In this document: piece after piece, positions 1-9,783 of the stretch | How positions within the stretch are numbered: position 1 is the first letter of the stretch | Layout: every line of letters begins with the position of its first letter | DNA from: Fusibacter sp. A1 | GTDB taxonomy: Bacteria; Bacillota; Clostridia; Peptostreptococcales; Acidaminobacteraceae | Direction: 5' to 3' | DNA length: 64,000 nucleotides | Assembly (NCBI RefSeq): GCF_004125825.1 | Contig: NZ_QQWI01000005.1 | Location: 304,414 to 368,413, forward strand | Notes under the pieces: model-generated | Database searches by the model: none | What the model was told of the DNA's origin: nothing | The model's input: the letters and a program-made list of their open reading frames with translations, nothing else | Program-made: the position numbers and the translations under genes

Positions 1-366
1 TTGCACGGCTTAAATCAGCCGTAATCATCATCTTTTCAACCTGAGTAGTAGTTAGTCTTTCATCCCAATAAACCACATCGACGTCCCAGTCTATGCGTTT
101 ACCGTATCTGATTTTCTTTTCAATCTGCTTGACAAAGGCTTCGACCTTTTCAGTCTGAGGACCTTTTGAAGCGTTCATATTCAGAGGTAAACCGACCACT
201 AACTTTGTCACATGGTATTCCTCGATGTAGTCGATCATATGGTTTACATCTTCTTTAACACTCACGCGCCTGTAGTTTTCCAACCCTTGTGCGGTATAAC
301 CAAGCGGATCGCTGATCGCTATGCCGACTGTGGCGTCCCCCACATCTAGTCCTAAAAATCTTATCA
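1..366 (-). CDS. ruvX: Putative pre-16S rRNA nuclease / Holliday-junction resolvase-like RuvX (YqgF), 3' part runs off window
   Basis: Reverse translation begins MIRFLGLDVGDATVGIAISDPLGYTAQGLENYRRV..., the typical YqgF/RuvX N-terminus. ATG at 364-366. Conserved alaS-yrzL-ruvX neighbourhood. Confidence 0.8.
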
Positions 367-374
367 TCCTTACC

Positions 375-1331
375 TCATATTATCTTTATACAAAAATCGG
401 CGCATTTTTTACTGCAATATCCGCATAAGACACATTTACCGCGGTCGACAACCATCTTATCGGATAATGCGTCAAAACTTAGCGCTCCATGCTGACAAGC
501 GCTTATACAAGCCTTGCATCTGGTGCACCACGGGTCAATGCTGATTCTTTTCTTCTTTGATTTCAATCGTTCATATAGTTCAGGTTCGATGTCTTCGCCA
601 CTGATCCGCTTTACGTTAAAGTCGATCTCGTCTTCGTGCTGCATGCCTAAGGCGTAACTGTGAAAACACGTCTGACTTAATGCGAAATCAAACGCCGCAT
701 CCCTATCCGAAAGCAGATTTCCGCCTCCTAAAACCTTCATGCCGTAGATCCCTCTACCGCTGTCATAGGCTTTTGTGATAGCAGCGTGCATTTCATCCCT
801 AGTACCACCCTGAATTCCTATACCTGCGATATTGAAGATCGGATGAATCACTTCTATTTCAGGGTAGTTCAACGCTGCAGAAACAGCATCCACATAATGT
901 GTGCTGATCCCCACCGCCCTGATCTTTCCTTCTTTTTTTAGTTGATGATAGGTCTCAAGAGCTTCGTAGTGACCTCTTATGGTATGATCGCTTTCCTGCT
1001 CGTGCATGAGCCAGATATCTATGTACTCCCTGCCAAGTTCTTTTAAAGCCCGCTCGACAGTCTGTCTAGCGCCCTTCTCATCATAAGCGTATGACTTTGA
1101 TGCGATGACCATGTTATGCTTTCCTATAAGGTCAAGCGCATTTTTGATATGGGCATAATTATCATACAAATCAGCGGTGTCAATAAAATTGACACCGCGA
1201 TCATATGCATAGGCTATTAATTGTCCAGCACGGTCAACAGGTAGATTGGCTTGTAAAGGCCCAAGTGTCAAAGACCCGTAGCAAAGCCTGGATACCTCGA
1301 TGCCCGTATTACCGAGGATTTGCTTACGCAT
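375..1331 (-). CDS. Aldo/keto reductase fused to a C-terminal 2x[4Fe-4S] ferredoxin domain
   Basis: N-terminal AKR motifs ([19 protein letters not shown]). C-terminal cysteine clusters [11 protein letters not shown] and [11 protein letters not shown]. 318 aa. Confidence 0.75.
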   Translation of the reverse strand: MRKQILGNTGIEVSRLCYGSLTLGPLQANLPVDRAGQLIAYAYDRGVNFIDTADLYDNYAHIKNALDLIGKHNMVIASKSYAYDEKGARQTVERALKELGREYIDIWLMHEQESDHTIRGHYEALETYHQLKKEGKIRAVGISTHYVDAVSAALNYPEIEVIHPIFNIAGIGIQGGTRDEMHAAITKAYDSGRGIYGMKVLGGGNLLSDRDAAFDFALSQTCFHSYALGMQHEDEIDFNVKRISGEDIEPELYERLKSKKKRISIDPWCTRCKACISACQHGALSFDALSDKMVVDRGKCVLCGYCSKKCADFCIKII

Positions 1332-1575
1332 TTTCCTCAGCCAGGAATTCTTTTAAAAGTTCTTCAAGGATTTCATCACGTTCTACGCGTCTGATCAGAT
1401 TACGCGCGTTTCCCTGTGAGGTAATATAGGTTGGATCACCAGAAATAAGATAACCGACCATTTGATTGATGGGATTATATCCTTTAGCTTCTAGTGCGCG
1501 ATGTACCTCAGAGAGGATTTCTTTAATTTCGATTGACTTATCTTTTTCAACTGTAAATCTTACTGTTTTTGACAT
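1324..1575 (-). CDS. IreB/UPF0297 (YrzL-like) small regulatory protein
   Basis: 83 aa. MSKTVRFTV...[35 protein letters not shown] matches the UPF0297 family. Sits between alaS and ruvX as in Bacillus. Confidence 0.7.
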   Translation of the reverse strand: MSKTVRFTVEKDKSIEIKEILSEVHRALEAKGYNPINQMVGYLISGDPTYITSQGNARNLIRRVERDEILEELLKEFLAEENA

Positions 1576-1616
1576 CTAATCACCCCTTTATTGTAGTATT
1601 ACCCTTTTACTTTATT

Positions 1617-4241
1617 TTAAACCAATGTAGGCAATAGTGCGAGTGCATCTTTCAATTTAGAAGCATCTTTTCCACCTGCTTGCGCCATGTTAGGACGGCC
1701 GCCGCCGCCACCGCCACAAGCTTTTGCCAATTCTCTTACAATATTACCACAATGCGCACTATTTTTTACAGCGCTTTCATTGGCTTTTGCGATAAAGTTT
1801 ACTTTATCTCCTGTAACATTTGCGATGACAACAAGAACAGCCTCTTCCTTACTCGTCATTTGATCAGCGATGTTTCTGAGTACGTCTTGCTCTTGATCTT
1901 CAAATTCAACAACAATCACCTTCGTGCCATTGATGATCTGTGCATTCTTCTCGATATCTGAAAGACTTGCATTTGCTACAGCCTGCTTCATTTTTGTGAA
2001 TTCTCTAGTGAGTGTTTTGTTCTCGTCAACTAAAGCTACCGCTTTTTGTACTACGTCTTCTCTTTTGCTCTTAAGTGCAGTAACGGTATCATCAAGAATC
2101 GATTCCACTTGATTGAGGTAATGATAGACACCACGGCCTGTAATGGCTTCAATTCGCCTCACGCCAGCTGCGACACCAGCCTCTGAAGTGATTTTGAAAA
2201 GACCGATTTCTGAAGCATGTTTAAGGTGCGTACCACCGCAAAGTTCCATGCTATAATCGCCGATAGTGACCATACGGACAAGCTCACCGTACTTTTCACC
2301 AAAGAGAGCCATAGCTCCGCGTTTTTTCGCCTCTGCGATCGGCAGTTCCTCTACTGTGACAGGCATACCAAGGAATACTTTTTCATTGACGATTTGCTCC
2401 ACCTTTGACACTTCCTCAAAGCTCAGACCTTGGAAGTGGGTAAAGTCAAATCTTAGACGATCCACTTCAACTAGTGAACCAGCCTGTTCGATGTGTCCGC
2501 CAAGCACATCCTTAAGCGCCTGATGTAAAAGATGAGTCGCCGTATGGTTTCTAGCGATATCAAGTCGTTTGTCCTCACCGACCTCAGCAGAAATCATATC
2601 TCCTTTTTTCAGGCTACCTTCAATTAACGAAACGTGATGCAAGATCGTACCTGTTTTCGCCTTTTGAGTATCGGTAACCATAAGTTTTGCAGTAGTCGAA
2701 GTCAATACACCGGTGTCGCCCGATTGTCCACCGCTCTCAGCATAAAAAGGAGTACAATCAAGAACAACAAGCCCTTTTGTTTCGCCCGAAAGCTCATCAA
2801 CCAGCTGACCGTCTTTAAGGATTGCGATAACAGTAGCATCATATTGCGTCTTTTCATAACCTACAAACTCTGTAGCAAGTCCGACAAGCGCTTCTGTCGC
2901 ATCACCTGACCAACCTAAGGAATCCGAATCCCTGGAACTTCTAGCACGTTCCTTTTGAGCTTCCATTTCACTTTCAAAAGCTTTCTCGTCTACGCTAAGC
3001 TGATGTTCCTTAACAATTTCAAGCGTCAGGTCAAGCGGGAATCCGTAAGTGTCATATAATTTGAATGCGAGTTCGCCAGTCAATACATTTTTACCAGCAT
3101 CGATAGTATCTTTGATATAGCCTTCTAAAATGGTAAGCCCCTGATCAATCGTCTGTTCGAAGCGATCTTCTTCAATGGCAATCACTTTTTTAGTGTAATC
3201 CTGTCTTGCAATCAGCTCAGGATATGCTTCTCCGAACACTTCAATCACCGTATCAACCAGTTCAAATAAGAACGCGCCTTGTATACCAATCAGTCTACCG
3301 TGTCTTGCAGCACGTCTTAATAGCCTTCTAAGAACATAACCCCTGCCCTCGTTGTTAGGCATTACCCCATCGGTAACCAGGAAGGTCACCGCACGTATGT
3401 GGTCTGTGATGATTCTTATCGACGTATCCGTCTTATGATCGGCACCGTAAACTTTTCCGCTTCTTTGTGCGATCTGATTTCTAATATGCACCATGGTATC
3501 GATATCGAATATCGAGGTCACATCCTGCATCAGGCAAGCGATACGCTCAAGGCCCATGCCGGTATCGATGTTGGGATTCTTAAGAGGAGTCATCTCGCCT
3601 TTTTCGTCCTTTTCGAATTGAGTGAATACTAGGTTCCAAAACTCAACAAACCTGTCACAGTCACAACCTGGCTTGCAATCAGGGTCACCACAACCGTAAG
3701 CTTCGCCTCTGTCGTAATAGATTTCAGAACATGGACCGCATGGGCCTGTTCCTGTTCCGATTTCCCAGAAGTTATCTTCTTTTCCTAGTCTGACAATCCT
3801 ATCGGCGGGAACATTCTCTTGTTTCAACCAGATGTCATACGCTTCGTCGTCTTCAAGGTAAACCGTTACCCAAAGCTTATCAAGCGATAGTTCCAGTTCC
3901 TGCGTGATGAACTCCCAGCTGTATCGGATCGCTTCTTTTTTGAAGTAATCACCAAAAGCGAAGTTACCAAGCATCTCGAAGAATGACGCGTGTCTTGAAG
4001 TATGTCCTACATTGTCGATATCGTTCGTTCTGATACACTTTTGGCAAGTTGCCATGTTCTTGCTTGGCGGTTCTTGAACGCCGGTGAAAAAGTCTTTTAA
4101 AGGCACCATGCCGGCATTTATAAGCAGAAGCGTCTTATCCGATTGCGGTACTAGGGGGTAGGACGGTTGAACTAGATGTCCGTTTCTTTCAAAGTAATCT
4201 AAGAATCGTTTTCGTATTTCGTTTAGACTCATGGTTTTCAT
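1617..4241 (-). CDS. alaS: Alanine--tRNA ligase
   Basis: 874 aa. N-terminal class II aaRS catalytic core, editing domain, and C-terminal GGG-rich segment before the DHHA1-like end. Confidence 0.95.
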   Translation of the reverse strand: MKTMSLNEIRKRFLDYFERNGHLVQPSYPLVPQSDKTLLLINAGMVPLKDFFTGVQEPPSKNMATCQKCIRTNDIDNVGHTSRHASFFEMLGNFAFGDYFKKEAIRYSWEFITQELELSLDKLWVTVYLEDDEAYDIWLKQENVPADRIVRLGKEDNFWEIGTGTGPCGPCSEIYYDRGEAYGCGDPDCKPGCDCDRFVEFWNLVFTQFEKDEKGEMTPLKNPNIDTGMGLERIACLMQDVTSIFDIDTMVHIRNQIAQRSGKVYGADHKTDTSIRIITDHIRAVTFLVTDGVMPNNEGRGYVLRRLLRRAARHGRLIGIQGAFLFELVDTVIEVFGEAYPELIARQDYTKKVIAIEEDRFEQTIDQGLTILEGYIKDTIDAGKNVLTGELAFKLYDTYGFPLDLTLEIVKEHQLSVDEKAFESEMEAQKERARSSRDSDSLGWSGDATEALVGLATEFVGYEKTQYDATVIAILKDGQLVDELSGETKGLVVLDCTPFYAESGGQSGDTGVLTSTTAKLMVTDTQKAKTGTILHHVSLIEGSLKKGDMISAEVGEDKRLDIARNHTATHLLHQALKDVLGGHIEQAGSLVEVDRLRFDFTHFQGLSFEEVSKVEQIVNEKVFLGMPVTVEELPIAEAKKRGAMALFGEKYGELVRMVTIGDYSMELCGGTHLKHASEIGLFKITSEAGVAAGVRRIEAITGRGVYHYLNQVESILDDTVTALKSKREDVVQKAVALVDENKTLTREFTKMKQAVANASLSDIEKNAQIINGTKVIVVEFEDQEQDVLRNIADQMTSKEEAVLVVIANVTGDKVNFIAKANESAVKNSAHCGNIVRELAKACGGGGGGRPNMAQAGGKDASKLKDALALLPTLV

Positions 4242-4261
4242 GGGGGGTATCTCCTTTGTTT

Positions 4262-4716
4262 GTGTTTTTTGTGGAGTTTTTGGGTTGTTTGTTTTTTTTG
4301 CTTGTTGCGTTTAGTTTGTGTGGTTAGTTAGTTACATTAAAATTTTGTGGCATCGTTATTACTGCTCCGGTCCGTCAATAAAAGACATTGACTTACACCG
4401 GTTACGAACAAAGTACGTTCGTAAATGACTTACACCGGTTACGAACAAAAAGCGTTCGTAAGCAAAAACAAAAAATACCCTCCAGTGACGTACTGACTTA
4501 GGGACGAGCAAATGCCCGCGGTACCACCCTAATTATCTGTGATCACTCAGAAGGTTCTAAACCTATCAATTTAACGCATTGCTACGGGTTTGGCTACAAA
4601 TCAGGTTCACCAATCCAGCTCGGAAGCTGCTTCTATCCTTTTGAAAGCTTTCAGCATGTTTCACTTTCTCTCTAGTGTTAAGGAATTCTCTCTTCGTCTT
4701 CGCTTTTTATTATTCA
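4262..4716 (-). promoter_or_regulatory. T-box riboswitch leader of alaS
   Basis: Minus strand contains the canonical T-box sequence AATTAGGGTGGTACCGCGGG (plus 4515-4534), followed by a U-run. C/A-rich spacer to the GGAG RBS. Confidence 0.65.
4393..4461 (-). repeat. Tandem duplicated ~34-nt hairpin module inside the alaS leader
   Basis: Two near-identical units GACTTACACCGGTTACGAACAAA(G/A)...GTTCGTAA. Each forms a TTACGAAC/GTTCGTAA stem. Confidence 0.5.
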
Positions 4717-4724
4717 ATGAATAT

Positions 4725-4753
4725 ATAGTATCAGAAGTTGCGCGGATTGGCAA
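4725..4753 (-). promoter_or_regulatory. Candidate sigma-A promoter for the alaS leader
   Basis: On the minus strand: TTGCCA, 17 nt, TACTAT. Confidence 0.4.
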
Positions 4754-4758
4754 GTAGA

Positions 4759-4792
4759 AAGAGGTACAGCCCTCTTTTACAGGCTGTACCTC
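4759..4792 (-). terminator. Stem-loop terminator downstream of mnmA
   Basis: Perfect 12-bp stem AGAGGTACAGCC / GGCTGTACCTCT with a 10-nt loop, followed by a T-rich stretch. Confidence 0.45.
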
Positions 4793-4805
4793 TAGTTATT
4801 TCTGA

Positions 4806-5915
4806 TTATCTGACTACTGATTCGATAAATCCGCCACCGATGACTTCATCGCCCACGTAGAAAGCAACTGCCTGCCCTGGGGTGATGGCCCTTTGAGGCT
4901 CATCGAAGATGACTTCGTATTTTCCATTTCCTAGAGGCCTGATCACAGCAGGTGACTCTCGTTTTGTGTGACGTATCTTTGCGGCAATCTGCATCTCACC
5001 ATTTAACTCGTCAAAGCTGATCCAATTCACTTCGCGTGCTATAAGCCCCTTTGCAAACACGTCGTCATTTGAACCTAAAATAACATCGTTTGTCACATGG
5101 TTGATCGCAACGACATACATGGGTTTCCCAAAGGTCATGCCTAAGCCCTTACGTTGACCGACCGTATAGTAGATGATCCCCCTATGTCTACCCAAGACAT
5201 TTCCGTCAAGATCGACAAAGTTACCTTCTGGCACCATCTCTTCAATATTTTTGACAAGAAAGTTCGCATAGTCGTTGTCTGGAATAAAACAGATTTCCTG
5301 GCTATCCGCTTTCCTTGCGATAACAAAATCGAGCTTCTCAGCGATTTGTCGTACTTCTTCCTTGGTTTCAAACTCACCGATTGGCATTAATGTATGGGCA
5401 AGCTGGTCCTGCGTAAAGTTCGTGAGCATGTAGGTCTGGTCCTTGCTCATTTCCTTTGAACGCATCAGCTTATATCGATTGCTCTCTTCATCATGGACAA
5501 TCTTAGCATAGTGGCCTGTAGCCACATAGTATGCGCCAAGTTCTTTTGCCTTTTGAAGCAGTTTATCAAATTTGATGTACTTATTGCACATCACGCATGG
5601 ATTAGGCGTTTCACCTTCCTCATACGAGTCTACAAAGTAATCGATGACATGCTCTTTAAATGGCGCCTTAAAATTAACCACATAAAAAGGTATATCCAAG
5701 CTTGCTGCCACTCGTCTCGCATCCTCGACAGCAGACAAACTACAGCATCCACCGTAATTTTCAACATACTCGTCATTGGGGTCATCCCAAAGCTTCATGG
5801 TGACGCCGATAACCTCATATCCCTGTTCTTTTAACAGATAAGCTGCCACAGTGCTGTCCACACCGCCCGACATGCCTATTACCACTTTTTTCTTATCAAG
5901 CATAAATGCCATCAA
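4806..5915 (-). CDS. mnmA: tRNA 2-thiouridine(34) synthase
   Basis: 369 aa. PP-loop SGGVDS, catalytic Cys motifs. Last gene of the isc operon as in Clostridia and Bacilli. Confidence 0.9.
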   Translation of the reverse strand: MMAFMLDKKKVVIGMSGGVDSTVAAYLLKEQGYEVIGVTMKLWDDPNDEYVENYGGCCSLSAVEDARRVAASLDIPFYVVNFKAPFKEHVIDYFVDSYEEGETPNPCVMCNKYIKFDKLLQKAKELGAYYVATGHYAKIVHDEESNRYKLMRSKEMSKDQTYMLTNFTQDQLAHTLMPIGEFETKEEVRQIAEKLDFVIARKADSQEICFIPDNDYANFLVKNIEEMVPEGNFVDLDGNVLGRHRGIIYYTVGQRKGLGMTFGKPMYVVAINHVTNDVILGSNDDVFAKGLIAREVNWISFDELNGEMQIAAKIRHTKRESPAVIRPLGNGKYEVIFDEPQRAITPGQAVAFYVGDEVIGGGFIESVVR

Positions 5916-6010
5916 CCTTTCTCGCTACGGTTAAAAGCCGCGCTACTCATTCTTAATTCATGTTAACCTATTAATCTTACTTGAAACGTACTGATTTGTA
6001 AACATCCAGT

Positions 6011-6036
6011 AAAAAAGCACCCGCATTCGGGTGCTT
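6011..6036 (-). terminator. Rho-independent terminator after iscU
   Basis: AGCACCCGCATTCGGGTGCT hairpin followed by a U-run on the minus strand. Confidence 0.6.
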
Positions 6037-6046
6037 CAGTTGAATT

Positions 6047-6502
6047 CTAGTGATCATGTCCATCTTCATCACCATGGTCGTGGTGATCGTCATCAGCATT
6101 AGGGTCAAAACCTTCTAATGCGTCGTAGTGCTTACCGTTTTTTTGAGCGTAGTCATAAACTGCCGACTTAAGCGCTTGCTCCGCAAGTACCGAACAATGG
6201 ACCTTTACAGCAGGTAGTCCGCCTAGTGCTTCTAAAACGTCCTTATTGGTAATTTGAAGAGCTTCTTCAACTGTTTTTCCTTTGATGATGACAGTAGCCA
6301 TCGATGAAGATGCCACTGCCGAACCGCAACCGAAAGTCTTGAACTTGATGTCCTCGATCACTTCATCCGCAGAAATCTTCAAATAGATCTTCATGATATC
6401 GCCGCACTTGACATTGCCGACTTGGCCTACGCCATCCGCGTCTTCGATTACGCCAACATTCTGAGGGTTCATAAAGTGTTCCATTACTATATCGTTATAC
6501 AT
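6047..6502 (-). CDS. iscU: Fe-S cluster assembly scaffold IscU/NifU-like, with acidic His-rich C-terminal tail
   Basis: 151 aa. GNVKCGDIMKI...FGCGSA scaffold motifs. Tail DPNADDDHHDHGDEDGHDH. Confidence 0.85.
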   Translation of the reverse strand: MYNDIVMEHFMNPQNVGVIEDADGVGQVGNVKCGDIMKIYLKISADEVIEDIKFKTFGCGSAVASSSMATVIIKGKTVEEALQITNKDVLEALGGLPAVKVHCSVLAEQALKSAVYDYAQKNGKHYDALEGFDPNADDDHHDHGDEDGHDH

Positions 6503-7683
6503 TAGTTACCTCCGTTAAGCACCGCTTCATATAAGGGTGACATTTGTCTTAGACGATCAACAATTCCAACAAGTGCTTCTATAGTATAGTCTATATCCTC
6601 TTCGGTCGTAAAATCACCGACTGTCAGTCGTAATGATCCATGAGCGATTTCATGAGAAAGTCCGATAGCCATTAGTACGTGTGAAGGATCCAAAGAGCCT
6701 GATGTGCATGCAGATCCGCTTGAACCCGCTACGCCCATGATATCAAGGCTTAAAAGTAACGATTCACCTTCGATGAACTCAAAGGAGATATTCACATTTC
6801 CTGGGTGTCTCTTTGTAGGATGACCGTTGTGCTTTGTATAAGGAATTCTTTCTAAGATTCCGTTCGCAAGCTTGTCCCTAAGCATGATCGAATGCGCGCG
6901 ATGTTCTTCTAACGTTTCATCAGCCAGTTGTGCCGCTTTTGCAAAACCGATGATTCCAGGTACATTTTCTGTGCCTGGTCTACGTTTTCTTTCTTGCGCT
7001 CCACCATAAATCATATTGGCGATTCGAACGCCTTTTTTGATATATAGCGCACCAATACCTTTAGGTCCATATATTTTATGAGCAGATATCGACAAGAGGT
7101 CGATATTGTCTTCGTTGACATCGATTTTGAAGTTTCCATAGGCTTGTACAGCATCCGTATGGAAGATCACGCCTTTTTCCTTACAGATGGCACCGATTGA
7201 CTTTATATCTTGGGCGGTACCGATTTCGTTGTTTACATACATGATCGAAACCAGCACTGTTGTGTCTTTGATCGCAGCCTTTAGGTCATCTAGATTGATC
7301 AGTCCGTCTCCGTCTACAGGAAGATATGTAACTTCAACACCTTCTTTTTCAAGAGCCTGACAAGTATGCAGCATCGCGTGATGTTCCACAGTTGTCGTGA
7401 TCATATGATTTCCTTTTTTAGCGTTTGCAGCCATCACACCGCGCACTGCCCAGTTGTCGGCCTCAGTGCCGCCAGCTGTAAAGTAAATCTCTTCTTGTTT
7501 GCCACCTAGCGTATTTGCAATAGTCTCTCGTGCCACTGTGATCGCATTCTTGTTCTCGCGACCGAAGCGGTGAACACTTGATGGATTACCGAAGTGTTCT
7601 GTGAAATATGGAAGCATTGCATCAACGACTTCCTTTTTTGTAGGTGTAGTTGCCGAGTAATCTAAATATACTCTCTTTGACAT
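6502..7683 (-). CDS. iscS: Cysteine desulfurase (NifS/IscS type)
   Basis: 393 aa. PLP-lysine motif SISAHKIYGPKGIGALY, active-site Cys SSGSACTSGS. Confidence 0.9.
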   Translation of the reverse strand: MSKRVYLDYSATTPTKKEVVDAMLPYFTEHFGNPSSVHRFGRENKNAITVARETIANTLGGKQEEIYFTAGGTEADNWAVRGVMAANAKKGNHMITTTVEHHAMLHTCQALEKEGVEVTYLPVDGDGLINLDDLKAAIKDTTVLVSIMYVNNEIGTAQDIKSIGAICKEKGVIFHTDAVQAYGNFKIDVNEDNIDLLSISAHKIYGPKGIGALYIKKGVRIANMIYGGAQERKRRPGTENVPGIIGFAKAAQLADETLEEHRAHSIMLRDKLANGILERIPYTKHNGHPTKRHPGNVNISFEFIEGESLLLSLDIMGVAGSSGSACTSGSLDPSHVLMAIGLSHEIAHGSLRLTVGDFTTEEDIDYTIEALVGIVDRLRQMSPLYEAVLNGGN

Positions 7684-7684
7684 C

Positions 7685-8122
7685 CTAAAGCCCCTCCTCG
7701 ATTCCTGATATGGTAAACTGATCTTTGACCATATCTGCTAAAGTGATAGATTCAATCACATCATCAACTGCATCTGTGATTTTCTCCCAAATAAGTCTTG
7801 TAACGCAGTAACTTGCATTGCCGCAATCCGAGTCATCTTCAATCACACATTCAGAAGCGAGAATCGGTCCTTCAAGTGTTTTTAGAATACTACCCACAGT
7901 AATTGCAGATGGTTCATCATTAAGCATATAACCGCCATGAGCTCCGCGGACACTTTTGACAAGGCCGTTTTTTCGTAGCGGTAAAAATAACTGTTCTAAA
8001 TAGTTTACAGAGATTGATTGTCTTTCTGCAATTGTAGATAGCGGCACAGGCCCTTGCCCGTATTGTAGTGCCAGTACAAACATCGCTTTCAAACCATATC
8101 TGCCTTTTGTTGACAAAATCAT
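7685..8122 (-). CDS. iscR: Rrf2-family transcriptional regulator (IscR/CymR-like)
   Basis: 145 aa. MILSTKGRYGLKAM...SISVNYLEQL wHTH typical of Rrf2. Three Cys near the C-terminus. Confidence 0.85.
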   Translation of the reverse strand: MILSTKGRYGLKAMFVLALQYGQGPVPLSTIAERQSISVNYLEQLFLPLRKNGLVKSVRGAHGGYMLNDEPSAITVGSILKTLEGPILASECVIEDDSDCGNASYCVTRLIWEKITDAVDDVIESITLADMVKDQFTISGIEEGL

Positions 8123-8293
8123 AACATCACCTGTTTCCTACTAATTTAATCCCTACTAGTCTACTTGGAATTCATATTCAGTATAGTATACCCTAGTATT
8201 TGTGTCAAGATTATTGATAGCATATTAACGAAGTATTTTTCACTTGAGATTCATCTAATAAAAAGAACATGCCATAGACATGTTCCTTATCAA

Positions 8294-9550
8294 CTACAAA
8301 GAGAACTCAAGATCCAGTCGATTCAAGTCCTCATAGGTTTCCCTTCTACTCACAAGCTGATGTCTGCCGTCCTTTATAAACACTACAGGGTTTCTTCCAT
8401 GCTTGTTGTAATTGCTTGCCATACTTTGATGATAGGCTCCAGTATCGTGAATGACTAGCAGATCGCCCGGTTCTGGGGTGGTAAGAGTCATGTCCCTAAT
8501 CAATATGTCACCAGACTCGCAACAACTTCCCGCTATATCAAATCGCCTCACCTCGCTATTTCTCGGTTCGACAAGCGTTGCTCGATACTTGGCATCGTAA
8601 AGGGCAGGTCTCATGTTCTCATAAAGTCCACCATCAACATTGATGTAGTTCTTCTCAAGTCCAAGCGCTTTAACATGCCCTACCTCATATAGGGTGATGC
8701 CGGCTTTTGCGACCAAAGACCTGCCTGGTTCAATGATGATAGTAGGTTCCAACAGATTGCATCTTTTAAAAGAAGACTCCACTTGACCAAAAATTCTTTC
8801 CAGGTAATCGCCCAGATCATAAGGGGCTTCGTCAGAAAGATAATCGATTCCGAATCCACCACCGATGTTGAGCTCTTTAATGAAGATCTGCTCTTCTTCT
8901 AGTGCTTTATATAAAGGTTCAAGCGATTCAACCGCATCGATATGCGATGTCGGGGTCATCAACTGGCTACCGACATGAAAATGAAGACCTAAAAACTCAA
9001 ATCTTGAATCTTCTACCAAACCCTTTACAAGTTTGACAATACGGTTCACATCTAATGGAAATCCAAATTTAGATGCCTTATGACCTGTTGAAATATGTTG
9101 ATGGGTATCCACTTTGACTTCAGGATTGATACGAATCAGTACCGGCTGTACTTTGTCCTTAGCATGTAAAATCTGTTTTAAAAGCTCTATTTCATGCTCG
9201 TTATCTATGACAATACGGCCTACACCCGCATCAACGGCTTCTGTCAGCTCTTTCAACGTTTTGTTATTGCCGTGCATCACTACTTTTTCAGCCTTCATTC
9301 CAGCACTCAATACCGTGTTTAGTTCACCGCCAGAAACCACATCGATCAGTAAGTCCATTCTATCGACAAGTTGTGCCATTCCCTTAATTAAGAACGCTTT
9401 ACTGGCATAGGCGATTTTCGCATTTCTTTTTTTGGTGACATCCTTCATCTTCTCAATCGTTTCCTCAATCAGGCCGACATCCACCAAATAAGTCGGCGTT
9501 CCATATGCCGCTTTTATCACCTTTAAATCAACATTACCGAATGTAATCAT
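8294..9550 (-). CDS. lysA: Diaminopimelate decarboxylase
   Basis: Fold-III PLP decarboxylase. CESGD motif (AGSCCESGDIL). Start chosen at MITFGN with GGAGGAAGCT RBS, not the longer ORF start at 9637. Confidence 0.8.
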   Translation of the reverse strand: MITFGNVDLKVIKAAYGTPTYLVDVGLIEETIEKMKDVTKKRNAKIAYASKAFLIKGMAQLVDRMDLLIDVVSGGELNTVLSAGMKAEKVVMHGNNKTLKELTEAVDAGVGRIVIDNEHEIELLKQILHAKDKVQPVLIRINPEVKVDTHQHISTGHKASKFGFPLDVNRIVKLVKGLVEDSRFEFLGLHFHVGSQLMTPTSHIDAVESLEPLYKALEEEQIFIKELNIGGGFGIDYLSDEAPYDLGDYLERIFGQVESSFKRCNLLEPTIIIEPGRSLVAKAGITLYEVGHVKALGLEKNYINVDGGLYENMRPALYDAKYRATLVEPRNSEVRRFDIAGSCCESGDILIRDMTLTTPEPGDLLVIHDTGAYHQSMASNYNKHGRNPVVFIKDGRHQLVSRRETYEDLNRLDLEFSL

Positions 9551-9783
9551 AGCTTCCTCCTTAAAATAGTAGTAGTTTAGCTTATCCTTCCTTTGATTAC
9601 AAGTATTCTTGATAAGAAAACGTAAGTGTTTCGCCACTCTGTACTAGAACAGGTAAAATGGCCTTTAAATCATACGAGAATTATCAGAATATTCAACTCT
9701 TTTGTGGATGAAGTATTCTAAACATGGTAAAGTTAATCAAGAGCAAAAGGACTTGAACCTATCAAGAACTTACAGGAGGGACT

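Noticed and set aside
1680-3632. Several 60-90 aa plus-strand ORFs inside alaS
   Set aside because: Antisense to a strongly supported conserved gene, no RBS, low-complexity translations.
8165-8458. 97-aa plus-strand ORF overlapping the lysA 3' end
   Set aside because: Overlaps the conserved lysA C-terminus. No RBS.
9551-9783. Possible lysine riboswitch upstream of lysA
   Set aside because: No L-box conserved elements recognisable. Region looks like plain divergent promoters.
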